A stretch of DNA of 64,000 nt, taken from NCBI GenBank assembly GCA_963758635.1, contig CAVWWD010000005.1, positions 64,001 through 128,000 of the forward strand. Direction: 5' to 3'. Below the pieces are notes generated by a model. The model worked only from the letters and a program-made list of their open reading frames with translations, did no database searches and was not told where the DNA came from. Position numbers and translations under genes: made by a program. Numbering within the stretch: position 1 is the first letter of the stretch; every line of letters starts with the position of its first letter. Positions 10,196 through 20,522 of this stretch are shown piece by piece. This DNA comes from an uncultured Candidatus Rokubacteria bacterium. GTDB lineage: Bacteria > Methylomirabilota > Methylomirabilia > Rokubacteriales > CSP1-6.

Positions 10196-11404
10196 TCAGC
10201 GCCTGGGCGCGAGCATGAAGTCGCCCGTCTTGAACTCGGCCGGGTAGACGATCTTCACGTCGGCGAAGGGCATCTCCGTCTTCGTGTACTGCGTGAAGAG
10301 CATCGGCGGCGTCCACTGCTGCCAGTACGGTCCCTCGCCGCGCGAGAAGCTGATCGTCCCGTTCCACCCCTCGAACTTCCCGGCGAGGAGCGCGGCCGCG
10401 ACGTCCGCGCCGCCGTCCTTCTTCGCCGCGTTGAGGGCGTCGGCCACCAGCACGATCTGCGAGTAGCCGTTCAGGGCCCCGTACACGGGGTCCTCCTTGA
10501 ACTCCGCCCGGTACTTCGCGCGGAAGGCCTCGCCGCGGCCGGTCAGCTTCATCGTCGGGTGGTAGTAGACGATGAACGTGATGAAGGCGCCCTTGTCGCC
10601 GAGGTTCTTCCAGAACTCCGGCCGGGCGGGCAGGTCGTAGGAGATCAGCATCGGCACCGACGGGAACAGGCCGATGTCGTACGCCTGCTTCACGATCAGG
10701 TACACGGGCGTGCCCACGCCGGCGTTCAGGACCACGTCCGGCTTCCAGCTCTTGATGTCGAGGAGCTGGGGGGTCAGGTCGACCACGGCACGGTCGAAGA
10801 CCACCGTCTTCAGCTCGGCCTGCACGTCCATGGTCTTGAACTGCTTCTTCGTTTCCTCGACGAGCCCCACGCCATAGTCCGTGTTCTCGCCGATGATCGC
10901 CACTCGCTTGAAGCCCTGCTGCTTGATCCAGCGGTTCCAGAGCGCGACGCGGTCAGGGTCGATCACGTGGGTCCGGAACGTGAACTGCATGTGGCTCTCG
11001 GTGATGCCGCGGGCCGAGGCCTGGGTGGCGAAGACGGGGATCTTGTACTGCTCGGCGAGGCTCTGCACCGCCGCCATCACCGAGCTGTGGAACTGCCCCA
11101 TCACCGCGACGACCTGGTCCTGGCTCGCGAGCTTGCGAAAGCCCGCCGCCCCCTTCTCGGGCGTGCCGGAGTCGTCCTCGACGACCAGCTCGATCTTCCG
11201 CCCGCCGAGCACGCCGCCGCGCGCGTTCACCTCGTCGGCGGCCATCTTGGCCCCGCGCACGATGAACTGGCCGGCGCTGGCGTCGCCGGGCGGCGACAGC
11301 GGCGTGAGCACGCCGATCTTCACGGGCTTCTGGGCGAGGGCGGGCGCGGCGAGCCCGAGCACCAGCAGCACGGCGAGGAGACATCGTCCGATCGCGGTCG
11401 TCAT
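10196..11404 (-). CDS. ABC substrate-binding protein (LivK-like)
   Basis: Signal peptide ending ALA-QKP; VKIGVLTPLS; GGVLGGRKIELVVEDD. Confidence 0.85.
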   Translation of the reverse strand: MTTAIGRCLLAVLLVLGLAAPALAQKPVKIGVLTPLSPPGDASAGQFIVRGAKMAADEVNARGGVLGGRKIELVVEDDSGTPEKGAAGFRKLASQDQVVAVMGQFHSSVMAAVQSLAEQYKIPVFATQASARGITESHMQFTFRTHVIDPDRVALWNRWIKQQGFKRVAIIGENTDYGVGLVEETKKQFKTMDVQAELKTVVFDRAVVDLTPQLLDIKSWKPDVVLNAGVGTPVYLIVKQAYDIGLFPSVPMLISYDLPARPEFWKNLGDKGAFITFIVYYHPTMKLTGRGEAFRAKYRAEFKEDPVYGALNGYSQIVLVADALNAAKKDGGADVAAALLAGKFEGWNGTISFSRGEGPYWQQWTPPMLFTQYTKTEMPFADVKIVYPAEFKTGDFMLAPRR

Positions 11405-11469
11405 TGGATAGCCCTCCGCACGCAGGGGGTGGCGAATCGAGGCGATCCTATGCGGGCCCCTCCGCCCAG

Positions 11470-12300
11470 TCAAGCGCCGGGGCCGCCCGCGCGCGAGGCC
11501 GGGCGCGGCCAGCGCGGGTCCTCGAAGCGCTGGATCTCGACGAGGTAGCCGCTCGGGTCGCGCAGGAAGCAGTGGTAGATGGAAAACCGCGGGTTCGACT
11601 GAGGCTCCTTCTCGAAGGCCACGCCCCGGGCCCGCAGGCGCGCGGCCCACGCGTCCACCTCGTCGGTCACGAGCGTGACCGTGACCGTGTCGCCGGGCCG
11701 CTCCGGCGCGGTCGCGCTCTCGCAGAAGCCGACGTAGGCCTCCGGCGTCACCTGGTAGATGCGGCAGGCGCCCTGGTCGAGGGCGAGCGGCAGCCCCAGC
11801 GTGTCCGCGTAGAACGCGTGCGTGGCGGCGAGGCTCCGGGTCGGCAGGAACGTGACGAGCTGGGCGAACGGCGGGATGGCCTCCTCCCGCGGCGGGCCGC
11901 CTCCGGCGAGGCGGGCGACCAGCGTCGCGTCGGCGGCGGGGAACTCGAGCGTGGTGAGGTCCTGCGGCGCCATCCACCGCATCTCCTGCCCCTCGAGGGG
12001 GCGTGGCTCGTCCTCCAGGCCGCACCGGAAGAACGCGATCCGCACGCGCTTGTCCGGATACGTCCAGTCGACGGTTTCGAGGATGGCGCCCACCGTGGCG
12101 CGCGCGCCCAGCTCCTCTCGGATCTCCCGGACCAGCGCCTCCTCCGGGCTCTCGCCGGGCGCGGGCTTGCCGCCGGGGAACTCCCAGAGCCCGGCCAGGT
12201 GTGTCCCGGCGGGCCGCCGGGTGACGAGGATGCGGCCCGCTCGCTCGATGACGGCGGCCACGACCTCGATCAGGGCGGGTGCGGCGGCGGGGTCGGGCAT
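11470..12300 (-). CDS. MutT-like NUDIX hydrolase fused to a VOC/glyoxalase domain
   Basis: Nudix box WEFPGGK...EEALVREIREELG; C-terminal FYADTLGL and FLRDPSGYLVEI. Confidence 0.75.
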   Translation of the reverse strand: MPDPAAAPALIEVVAAVIERAGRILVTRRPAGTHLAGLWEFPGGKPAPGESPEEALVREIREELGARATVGAILETVDWTYPDKRVRIAFFRCGLEDEPRPLEGQEMRWMAPQDLTTLEFPAADATLVARLAGGGPPREEAIPPFAQLVTFLPTRSLAATHAFYADTLGLPLALDQGACRIYQVTPEAYVGFCESATAPERPGDTVTVTLVTDEVDAWAARLRARGVAFEKEPQSNPRFSIYHCFLRDPSGYLVEIQRFEDPRWPRPASRAGGPGA

Positions 12301-12316
12301 CCGGATCGGGCCGCGG

Positions 12317-12403
12317 CTAGTGAGCCCCGCGCATCAGACCAATGCCGAGCGGTGGGATTCTAGAGGCCCGTGGCGGTTTACCGGATTCTGCGAGAGTCAT
12401 CAG
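12317..12403 (-). repeat. Repeat family A (~85 bp, MITE-like), copy 1
   Basis: Matches 42903, 48095 and 54904; starts on the TGA stop of the SDR gene. Confidence 0.85.
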
Positions 12404-13146
12404 GACGCCGTCCAGCCCCCGTCGATCGCGAACACGGCGCCGGTCACGTACCGGGCGGCGTCCGACGCGAGGTACACGCACATGCCCGCGACGTCGTCGG
12501 GATGGCCGGCGCGGGCGATCGGGATGCGGTGCTTGAGGAGATGCCGTCGGAACTCCGGCACGCCGTGGCCGATCGGGGTGTCGATGGTGCCGGGCGCCAC
12601 CACGTTGACGCGGATCTCGTCCTGGACCAGCTCGACGGCGGCGGCCCGCGCGAGCTGGTGGAGCCCGCCCTTGGACGCCACGTAGGGGGCGAAGTCCGGG
12701 GCGGCCACGGTGCCGAGCGCCGAGCCGATGTGGACGATGCTGCCGCCGCGCCGCTTCTGCATGGGCGACACCATGGCCTTGGTCAGGACGAAGGCGCCGA
12801 GGAGATTGATCCGGAGCACCTCGAGGAAGTCGGCGGCGCTGATCTCGGTGAGGGGGGCGCGGACGCGCACCGCCGCGCAGTTCACGAGCACGTCGACGCC
12901 ACCGTGATCGCGGGAGGCCGCTTCCACGAGTCGCGCAACGTCCTCCTCCCGCGCGACGTCGCCGGCCACCGCCGTCGCGTGCCCGCGCGCGGCGGCGATG
13001 AGCCCGACCGTCTCGTCCAGGGGCTCGGCCCGCCGGCCGAAGACCACGACGCGGGCGCCCTCCGCGGCGAAGCGAACGGCGGTGGCGCGGCCGATGCCCG
13101 TGCCGCCGCCCGCGATGATCGCGACCTTGCCGTCAAGGCTGCCCAT
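12400..13146 (-). CDS. SDR family oxidoreductase
   Basis: GGGTGIG, YVASK, VNVVAPG, IDGG. Confidence 0.85.
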   Translation of the reverse strand: MGSLDGKVAIIAGGGTGIGRATAVRFAAEGARVVVFGRRAEPLDETVGLIAAARGHATAVAGDVAREEDVARLVEAASRDHGGVDVLVNCAAVRVRAPLTEISAADFLEVLRINLLGAFVLTKAMVSPMQKRRGGSIVHIGSALGTVAAPDFAPYVASKGGLHQLARAAAVELVQDEIRVNVVAPGTIDTPIGHGVPEFRRHLLKHRIPIARAGHPDDVAGMCVYLASDAARYVTGAVFAIDGGWTAS

Positions 13147-13927
13147 TCGACGTGTCACCGGGGGCGGGCACCCGGGCCTGTCGGCCCGCCCGCCCCTTCG
13201 TGTCGCTCACCGGGGGCGGGCACCCGGGCCTCCGGCCCGCCCGCCCCTTCGTCCTCGGATCCCGGGTGGCGTAGCTCCGGCAGAAGGCCTTCATGGCGCA
13301 CGGCGCGCAGCGGGGCGAGCGTGGGGTGCACCACGTGGCGCCGAAGTCCATGAGGGCCTGATTGTAGTCATAGGCGCGGCCCGCCGGCAGCAGCGCCTCG
13401 GCGAGACGCCAGAACGCCTTGTCGCCCCGCGTCCGCTCGAGCCCGCGCGGGCCCAGGAACACGCGCCCGAGCACCCGGCGCACGTTGGTGTCCACCACCG
13501 CCGCGTCCTGGCCGTAGGCGAAGGACAGGATAGCGCCGGTGGTGTAGGGGCCGATCCCGCGCATCTTGCGGAGGGCGCCGCGCTCGTCGGGCAGCCGGCC
13601 GCCGTAGCGCGCCATCGTCTCGCGCGCGATGCCCTGGAGGTTCAGGGGCCGGACGTTGTAGCCGAGCGGGTACCAGACGCGGCGCACCTCGGCGCTCGGC
13701 GCCTCGGCCAGCCGCGCGAAGCTCGGGTAGCGCCGGAGGAACTCGCGGTACTTCGGCAGCACGCGCTCCACCTGGGTCTGCTGGAGCATGATCTCGGACA
13801 CGAGGATGCGATACGGGTCGCGCGTGCGGCGCCACGGGAGGTCGCGGCCGTGAGCGGCGTACCACGCGAGGAGCCGCCGCTGGAAGCGGCGGCGGACGGA
13901 CACGGCGGGGAGGCGCACGGAGGCCAT
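13133..13927 (-). CDS. mutY: A/G-specific adenine glycosylase (short form, no C-terminal NUDIX-like domain)
   Basis: [22 protein letters not shown] Hh[10 protein letters not shown], 4Fe-4[12 protein letters not shown]...C. Confidence 0.85.
   Translation of the reverse strand: MASVRLPAVSVRRRFQRRLLAWYAAHGRDLPWRRTRDPYRILVSEIMLQQTQVERVLPKYREFLRRYPSFARLAEAPSAEVRRVWYPLGYNVRPLNLQGIARETMARYGGRLPDERGALRKMRGIGPYTTGAILSFAYGQDAAVVDTNVRRVLGRVFLGPRGLERTRGDKAFWRLAEALLPAGRAYDYNQALMDFGATWCTPRSPRCAPCAMKAFCRSYATRDPRTKGRAGRRPGCPPPVSDTKGRAGRQARVPAPGDTSNGQP
13155..13252. repeat. Tandem pair of ~47-bp GC hairpin units in the mutY 3' end
   Basis: TCACCGGGGGCGGGCACCCGGGCCT..GGCCCGCCCGCCCCTTCGT at 13155 and 13207. 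Confidence 0.8.
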
Positions 13928-13989
13928 TGTCACCGACGCCTCCGGGGCCTGCAAGTTGACACCGCGCGTGGCCGCGTCAAGAATGACCG

Positions 13990-15063
13990 GTGATGCCACG
14001 CGATCTGCCCCTCGCCGAGGTCCACCGCGCGCTCGCGCGCTCCTTCACCGTGGTGGGAGATTTCACGGTGCCCGCCGACTACGGCGCCGTGGCCGCCGAG
14101 CACCGCGCGCTCCGCGAGTCGGCCGGGCTCGTCGATCGCACGCCGCTGGGCCGCGCCATCGCCACCGGACGCGACCGCGCCGCCTTCCTCCAGGGCATGC
14201 TCACCAACGACGTGAAGGGCCTCGCCGCGGGCCAGGGCTGCGCCGCCGCCTTCCTCGACGCGCACGGCAAAGTCATGTCGCTGCTAAGCGTCTATGCCCT
14301 CGCCGACCGGCTGTGGATCGAGGCGCCGGCCGGAACGACGGACACGCTGCTCCAGCTCCTCGACAAGTACCTGATCTCGGAGAAGGCATACTTCGAGCCG
14401 GCCGACGACGCGTTCGTGGTGCTCGCGGTGCAGGGGCCAGCGGCCCCGGCGCTGATCGAGAAGCTGGCGGGGCAGCCCGTGCCTGCCGCGCCGTACGCGC
14501 ACGTCGAGGCGGAGCTGGGCGGCGTCCCCGCGCGCCTGATCAACCGCCCGGAGGGCACCCCGCCGGGCGTGCACTGCTGGACCGCGCCGGAGCACGGCGC
14601 CGCGCTCTGGCGGGCGCTGGCCGAAGCCGGGGCCGTGCCCGCCGGCCACACCGCGCTCGACGTGCTGCGCGTCGAGGCGGGCGTGCCCTGGTACGGCGTG
14701 GACGTCGACGACACCGTGATCATGCCGGAGACGCAGAGCCGTCTCGAGTCGCTCGTCCACTACCAGAAGGGCTGCTACATCGGCCAGGAGGTCGTGGCCC
14801 GCGTGAAGTACCGCGGGCACGTGAACCGCGCGCTCTCCGGCCTCGTGATCGAGGGGGACCGCGTGCCCGCCACGGGCGCGCGCGTGGTCGCCGACGACAA
14901 GGACGTCGGGCGCATCACCTCGGCCGTCCGCTCCCTCGCGCTCGGCGTGCCCATCGCGCTCGGCTACGTGCGCCGGGAGCACTTCGCCCCCGGCACCCCG
15001 GTGACCGTGCAGGACGGCGAGGCGACGCTCCCCGCCCGGGTCGCCGCGCTGCCCTTCGCCTGA
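13990..15063 (+). CDS. YgfZ/GcvT-like folate-binding protein
   Basis: [10 protein letters not shown] and the YgfZ signature [12 protein letters not shown]. Confidence 0.85.
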   Translation: MMPRDLPLAEVHRALARSFTVVGDFTVPADYGAVAAEHRALRESAGLVDRTPLGRAIATGRDRAAFLQGMLTNDVKGLAAGQGCAAAFLDAHGKVMSLLSVYALADRLWIEAPAGTTDTLLQLLDKYLISEKAYFEPADDAFVVLAVQGPAAPALIEKLAGQPVPAAPYAHVEAELGGVPARLINRPEGTPPGVHCWTAPEHGAALWRALAEAGAVPAGHTALDVLRVEAGVPWYGVDVDDTVIMPETQSRLESLVHYQKGCYIGQEVVARVKYRGHVNRALSGLVIEGDRVPATGARVVADDKDVGRITSAVRSLALGVPIALGYVRREHFAPGTPVTVQDGEATLPARVAALPFA

Positions 15064-15083
15064 TCGCGCTCGCCGGAGACCGC

Positions 15084-17165
15084 ATGACCACGCCCGCGCA
15101 CGACAACCGCCTGGCCCGCGAGAGCAGCCCCTACCTCCTCCAGCACCGGCACAACCCCGTCGACTGGTACCCGTGGGGCGAGGAGGCGTTCGCCCGCGCG
15201 CGACGCGAGGACCGCGCGGTGCTCCTCTCCGTGGGCTACTCGGCCTGCCACTGGTGCCACGTGATGGAGCGCGAGTCCTTCGAGGACGACCAGACGGCCG
15301 CGCTCATGAACGAGCTGTTCGTGAACGTGAAGGTCGACCGCGAGGAGCGCCCCGACGTCGACCAGATCTACATGCAGGCCGTCCAGTCGATGACCGGGCA
15401 CGGCGGCTGGCCCATGACGGTGTTCCTCACGCCGGACGGCGTGCCGTTCTACGGCGGCACGTACTTCCCGCCGGTGGACCGGCACGGCATCCCGGCGTTC
15501 CCTCGGCTGCTCCGCGCGGTCGCCGACGCGTACCGCGACCGCCGCGCCGAGATCCTGGAATCCGGCCGCGAGCTCCTCGAGTCGCTCCGCCAGGGCGAGC
15601 GGCTCCGGCAGTCGAGCACGCTCCTCACCGAGGACCTGCTGCGCGGCGCCTACCAGGCCATGGCCCGCGAGTTCGACCACCGGGACGGCGGCCTCGCGCA
15701 CGCGCCCAAGTTCCCGCAGCCGATGATCTGGGAGGCGCTGCTCCGCTTCTGGCGGCGCTCCGGGGCCGAGCCCGCGCTCGCCATGGTGCGCGCGACCCTC
15801 ACGAAGATGGCCCGCGGCGGCATGTACGACCAGGTCGGCGGCGGCTTCCACCGCTACTCGGTCGACGCGCACTGGCTGGTGCCGCACTTCGAGAAGATGC
15901 TCTACGACAACGCCCAGCTCGCCTCCCTCTACCTCCACGGCTGGCTCGCCACCGGCGATCCGGAGTACCGCCGCGTCGTCGAGGAGACGCTCGACTACCT
16001 GCTCCGCGAGATGCGACACCAGGAGGGCGGCTTCTTCTCCGCCACCGACGCCGACTCCGAGGGCGAGGAGGGGAAGTTCTTCGTGTGGACGCCCGAGGAG
16101 ATCCGCGCCGCGGTGTCCGACCCCGAGGCGGCGCGCGCCGTGCTGGCCTTCTGGGGCGTGGACGACGGGCCCAACTTCGAGGGACACAGCATCCTGCACG
16201 TGCCCCGTGACCCCGGAGAGGTGGCGGCCAGCCTCGGCATCGATCCCGCGCGGCTCGCCGCCCACGTCGCGACGGCGCGGACCGCGCTCCATGAGGTCCG
16301 GGCGCGGCGGGTGCCGCCGGGCCTCGACGACAAGGTCCTGTCCGGCTGGAACGGCCTCGCGCTGGCCGCCCTCGCCGAGGCGGGCCGCGCGCTCGGCCGG
16401 GCCGACTACCTGGACGCCGCCGTGCGTCTCGCGGAGTTCCTCACCACGTCCATGACCGAGGGCGGACGGCTGCTCCGCTCGTGGAAGGACGGCCAGGCGA
16501 AGATCCCCGCGTACCTCGAGGACCACGCGAGCGTCGGGCTCGGGCTCGTGGCCCTGTACGAGGCCACGTTCGACCGGCGCTGGCTCGACCGGTCGCGCGG
16601 GCTCGCCGACGCCGCGCTGTCGCTCTACTGGGACGAGGGCGCCGACGCCTTCTTCGACACCGGCGCCGACCAGGAGGCGCTGGTGGTCCGGCCGCGCAAC
16701 CTGTTCGACAACGCGGTGCCGTCCGGCGGCTCGATGGCCATCGAGTGGCTGCTGCGCCTCGCCGCCCACCTCGGCGAGGACCGCTACGAGGCGATCGCGC
16801 TCCGCGCGCTCCGTCCCATGGCGGACCTGATGTCGCGCCACCCCACGGGCTTCGGGCGCTACCTCGGCGCGCTGGACTTCCACCTCGGCCCCGTCATCGA
16901 GGTCGCGCTCGTCTGGCCGGGAGCGGATGCGCGCTCGGGTCCGGAGGCGGCGGGAGCGCTGGCCGACGTCGTGTTCGGCCGCTACCAGCCGAACCGCATC
17001 GTGGCCGGTGGCCGCGAGGGAACGCCCACCGCCGGACTGCCGCTGCTCGAGGGCAAGACGGCGGTCGCCGGCCGCCCCACCGCGTATGTCTGCCGGCGCT
17101 ACGCCTGCCAGGAGCCGACCACCGACCCGGAGACCCTCGCGCGCCAGATCACGGCCGGGGTATAA
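15084..17165 (+). CDS. Thioredoxin-domain protein YyaL/SSP411 family
   Basis: [40 protein letters not shown]. Confidence 0.9.
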   Translation: MTTPAHDNRLARESSPYLLQHRHNPVDWYPWGEEAFARARREDRAVLLSVGYSACHWCHVMERESFEDDQTAALMNELFVNVKVDREERPDVDQIYMQAVQSMTGHGGWPMTVFLTPDGVPFYGGTYFPPVDRHGIPAFPRLLRAVADAYRDRRAEILESGRELLESLRQGERLRQSSTLLTEDLLRGAYQAMAREFDHRDGGLAHAPKFPQPMIWEALLRFWRRSGAEPALAMVRATLTKMARGGMYDQVGGGFHRYSVDAHWLVPHFEKMLYDNAQLASLYLHGWLATGDPEYRRVVEETLDYLLREMRHQEGGFFSATDADSEGEEGKFFVWTPEEIRAAVSDPEAARAVLAFWGVDDGPNFEGHSILHVPRDPGEVAASLGIDPARLAAHVATARTALHEVRARRVPPGLDDKVLSGWNGLALAALAEAGRALGRADYLDAAVRLAEFLTTSMTEGGRLLRSWKDGQAKIPAYLEDHASVGLGLVALYEATFDRRWLDRSRGLADAALSLYWDEGADAFFDTGADQEALVVRPRNLFDNAVPSGGSMAIEWLLRLAAHLGEDRYEAIALRALRPMADLMSRHPTGFGRYLGALDFHLGPVIEVALVWPGADARSGPEAAGALADVVFGRYQPNRIVAGGREGTPTAGLPLLEGKTAVAGRPTAYVCRRYACQEPTTDPETLARQITAGV

Positions 17166-17173
17166 TGCGCGCA

Positions 17174-17261
17174 CGTCGCGGGGGGAGGTTTCCTGAGAAC
17201 CGGGTGCGGCCCGGGACCCCTCGAACCTGCACTGGGTAATTCCAGCGAAGGGAACGCGACG
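17174..17261 (+). promoter_or_regulatory. TPP (thi-box) riboswitch
   Basis: P1 CGTCGCG/CGCGACG; CTGAGA; ACCCCTCGAACCTG; GGTAAT.CCAGCGAAGGGA; directly upstream of thiS; TATAAT at 17161-17166. Confidence 0.92.
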
Positions 17262-17280
17262 CGGAGAGACCGCGAGAGCC

Positions 17281-17311
17281 GCCGCACCCACCGGGTGCGG
17301 CTTTCTTTTTT
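17281..17311 (+). terminator. Riboswitch intrinsic terminator
   Basis: GCCGCACCC-acc-GGGTGCGGC hairpin followed by TTTCTTTTTT. Confidence 0.85.
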
Positions 17312-17321
17312 CGGGGCGACG

Positions 17322-17522
17322 ATGAACGTGACGGTGAACGGCAAGCCGATGGAGATCCCGGACGGCCTCACGATCGACGGGCTGCTCGCGCACCTGTCGG
17401 TGAAGCGCGAGTTCACCGCGGTCGCGGTGAACACCGAGATCACCCCGAGGGCCGACTTCGCCGGCACCGTGCTGACCGAGGGCGACCGGGTGGAGATCGT
17501 CCGACCCATGGGCGGAGGATAA
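17322..17522 (+). CDS. thiS: Sulfur carrier protein ThiS
   Basis: MNVTVNGK...[13 protein letters not shown] with C-terminal GG. Confidence 0.9.
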   Translation: MNVTVNGKPMEIPDGLTIDGLLAHLSVKREFTAVAVNTEITPRADFAGTVLTEGDRVEIVRPMGGG

Positions 17523-17532
17523 GGAGGACGTC

Positions 17533-18318
17533 ATGTACGACACGTCACTGTGGCTGGGCGGCAAGGAGTTCAAGTCGCGTCTCATCGTGGGGACCGGAAA
17601 GTACCCGTCCTTCGAGAACATGCGCGAGGCTATCGAGGCCTCAGGCGCCGAGATGGTCACCGTCGCGGTCCGGCGCGTGAGCCTACCGGGGCAGGGGGAG
17701 CCGTCGCTTCTCGACTTCATCGACACCGCGAAATACACCCTGCTCCCGAACACCGCCGGGTGCTACGCGGCCGACGAGGCGATCCGCACCGCGTACCTGG
17801 CCCGGGAGGCGGGGCTGGGGACCCTGGTGAAGCTCGAGGTGATCGGCGACACCCGCACGCTCTTCCCGGACGTCATGGGGCTGCTCGAGGCCACCCGCAC
17901 CCTGGCCCGGGAGGGCTTCACGGTGCTGCCGTACACCAACGACGACCCCGTCATGGCCAAGAAGCTGGAGGACGCCGGCGCCGCCGCGGTGATGCCGCTC
18001 GGCGCGCCCATCGGCTCGGGCCTCGGCATCCGGAACCCCTACAACATCAAGCTCATCCTGGAGGCGGTGACGGTGCCGGTGATCGTCGACGCCGGCGTGG
18101 GCACGGCCTCCGACGCGGCCATCGCGATGGAGCTCGGCTGCGACGGCGTGCTCATGAACACCGCCATCGCGGGGGCCAAGGACCCGGTGGCGATGGCCAC
18201 GGCCATGCGGCTGGCCGTCGAGGCCGGGCGGCTCGCCTCGAAGGCGGGGCGCATCGGCAAGAAGCTCTACGCCACGGCGTCGTCGCCGATCGAGGGCGTG
18301 CCGGAGTGGACGAGCTGA
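17533..18318 (+). CDS. thiG: Thiazole synthase
   Basis: [37 protein letters not shown]. Confidence 0.95.
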   Translation: MYDTSLWLGGKEFKSRLIVGTGKYPSFENMREAIEASGAEMVTVAVRRVSLPGQGEPSLLDFIDTAKYTLLPNTAGCYAADEAIRTAYLAREAGLGTLVKLEVIGDTRTLFPDVMGLLEATRTLAREGFTVLPYTNDDPVMAKKLEDAGAAAVMPLGAPIGSGLGIRNPYNIKLILEAVTVPVIVDAGVGTASDAAIAMELGCDGVLMNTAIAGAKDPVAMATAMRLAVEAGRLASKAGRIGKKLYATASSPIEGVPEWTS

Positions 18319-18932
18319 CCTTCCGCCTCTACCTGATCACGGACCGCGCGGCGACTCCGCGCGCACTCGCCGACGTGGTCGAGGAATGCCTGGTCGCGGG
18401 GCTCCGCGCGGTCCAGCTGAGGGAGAAGGACCTGCCCGCCTGGGAGCTGCTCGGCCTGGCCGAGACGCTCCGCGAGAGCACGCGGCGCCACGGCGCGACG
18501 CTGATCGTGAACGACCGCCTGGACGTGGCTCTGGCGCGTGGGCGCCGACGGCGTCCAGCGCACCGAGCACTCGCTGCCCGTCGCCTCGCTGCGCGCGCTC
18601 GCCGCGCCCCCGTTCTTGATCGGCGCCTCGGTGCACTCGGTCGCCGACGCCGAGGCCGCGGAGGCCGCCGGCGCCGACTTCATCGTGTTCGGCCCCGTCT
18701 ACGCCACCGCGTCGAAGCGCCGCTACGGGCCGCCCCAGGGCCTCGAGGCGCTCGGCCGCGTGACCGCATCGGTGCGCCGGCCGTGATGGCCGTGGGCGGC
18801 GTGACGCCCGCGCGCGTGCGCGAGTGCGTCTCGGCGGGGGCCGCGGGGGTGGCGGTGATCGGCGCGATCATGAGCGCGGAGCGCCCGGCCGAGCAGGTCC
18901 AGGCCTTCCTCGACGCCCTCGGGTCCGCCTGA
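18306..18932 (+). CDS. thiE: Thiamine-phosphate synthase (two compensating frameshifts near 18535 and 18775)
   Basis: LYLITD, VQLREK, LIVNDR in one frame; GADGV...GASVHS...[10 protein letters not shown] in another; AVGGV...GVAVIGAI back in the first. Confidence 0.8.
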   Translation: MDELTFRLYLITDRAATPRALADVVEECLVAGLRAVQLREKDLPAWELLGLAETLRESTRRHGATLIVNDRLDVALARGRRRRPAHRALAARRLAARARRAPVLDRRLGALGRRRRGRGGRRRRLHRVRPRLRHRVEAPLRAAPGPRGARPRDRIGAPAVMAVGGVTPARVRECVSAGAAGVAVIGAIMSAERPAEQVQAFLDALGSA

Positions 18933-18948
18933 TATCCTCGCCCTCGGG

Positions 18949-19033
18949 GTTGTGAAGGAAGGCGGATCTCGACTTCAGCAAGCGGGCTGACCGCGCGATT
19001 CTGCGGACTCGCGGCGTGACGTCTCGCCATCAT
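18949..19033. repeat. Repeat family C, diverged copy
   Basis: GTTGTGAAGGAA...AGCGGGC...GATTCTGCG...CGCCAT aligns with 33134 and 36954. Confidence 0.65.
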
Positions 19034-19127
19034 TTGCCCCCGGGTGCGGCGGATCGTCGCCGCCGCCCCGAGCCAGCGGCTTCGAGGTAAGCGTTCGTCG
19101 AAGAACCGACTCCAGGGAGGAGCGCCC

Positions 19128-20462
19128 ATGCCCACGCGCGAGGAGATCAAGAAGAGCGTCTGCGAGGCCATCGACCGCCGCGCCGAGCAGATCGTCGCCA
19201 TCGGCGAGACCATCCGCAAGAGCCCCGAGCTGGGCTTCAAGGAGTTCAAGACCGCGCGCGTGGTGGAGGAGACCCTCTCGAGCCTCGGCCTGTCTCCGAA
19301 GACCGGCCTCGCCGTCACCGGCGTGCGGGCCGACGCCCGCGGCGCCGCCGACGGGCCCACCTTCGCGATGCTGGGCGAGCTGGACGGCCTGGTCGTGGCC
19401 GGCCATCCGGTGGCCGATCCCGCGACCGGCGCGGCCCACGCGTGCGGGCACAACGCGCAGGTGGCGGGGATGCTCGGCGCCGCCATGGGCCTGGTGGACG
19501 CCAAGGCGCTCGGCCACCTCGCCGGCCGCGTGGTGTTCTTCGCGGTGCCGGCCGAGGAGTACGGCGACGTCGCGTGGCGCGTCAACGAGGCCCGGGCGGG
19601 ACGGCTCGAGTTCCTGGGCGGCAAGCCCGAGCTGCTGCGTCTCGGCCACTTCGACGACGTGGACCTCGCCATGATGATCCACACCACGCCGCAGCCGGAG
19701 ATGAAGAAGGCCGGGATCTCCGCCTCCAACAACGGCTGCATCGTGAAGACCGTGCGCTACATCGGCCGCGCCGCGCACGCCGGCGGGGCGCCGCACATGG
19801 GCGTCAACGCGCTCTACGCCGCGCAGATCGGGCTCGCCGCCATCAACGCCATCCGCGAGACGTTCCGTGACGAGGACCACATCCGCGTCCACCCGATCAT
19901 CACCCACGGCGGCAGCCAGGTGAACGTGATCCCCGCCGACGTGCGCATCGAGACGTACGTGCGGGGCAAGACGGTGGAGGCGATCCTCGACGCGCACGTG
20001 CGCGTGGACCGCGCGCTCAAGGCCGGCGCGCTCGCGCTGGGCGCCACCGTGGAGATCGAGACCCTGCCCGGGTACCTACCGCTCTTCAACCACGAGGGGA
20101 TGGCCCGGCACTTCAAGGTCAACGCGCACGCCCTCCTCGGGGCCGACAACGTCACCGAGGCCGGCCATCGGAGCGGCTCCACCGACATGGGCGACATCTC
20201 CCACGTGATGCCGACGCTGCATCCCTACATGGGCGGCGCCACCGGCTCCGGCCACGGGGCGGACTACGCCATCGTGGATCAGCGCCTGGCCTACGTGGAG
20301 CCGGCCAAGCAGCTCGCCCTGATGGCGGTGGACCTCCTGTGGGGCGACGCCGCCGCTGCGAAGGAGCTTCTGAGGTCCTGGAAGCCGCGGCTCACCAAGG
20401 AGCAGTACCTCTCGTTCCAGCGCGGCATCGGCAAGACCGAGCGCTTCGACGGCGCCAAGTAG
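19128..20462 (+). CDS. M20 family amidohydrolase
   Basis: PELGFKE, HACGH, PAEE, GSTDMGD; SD GGAGG. Confidence 0.85.
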   Translation: MPTREEIKKSVCEAIDRRAEQIVAIGETIRKSPELGFKEFKTARVVEETLSSLGLSPKTGLAVTGVRADARGAADGPTFAMLGELDGLVVAGHPVADPATGAAHACGHNAQVAGMLGAAMGLVDAKALGHLAGRVVFFAVPAEEYGDVAWRVNEARAGRLEFLGGKPELLRLGHFDDVDLAMMIHTTPQPEMKKAGISASNNGCIVKTVRYIGRAAHAGGAPHMGVNALYAAQIGLAAINAIRETFRDEDHIRVHPIITHGGSQVNVIPADVRIETYVRGKTVEAILDAHVRVDRALKAGALALGATVEIETLPGYLPLFNHEGMARHFKVNAHALLGADNVTEAGHRSGSTDMGDISHVMPTLHPYMGGATGSGHGADYAIVDQRLAYVEPAKQLALMAVDLLWGDAAAAKELLRSWKPRLTKEQYLSFQRGIGKTERFDGAK

Positions 20463-20522
20463 TCAGGGGCCGCTCGGCCCCGCGGCGACGCGCCGGCCCA
20501 CCATGGCTCGTGCGCGAACGCG

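Noticed and set aside
18306..18932. Programmed frameshifting in thiE or other split genes
   Set aside because: No slippery heptamers seen at the shifts; their number fits sequencing error better.
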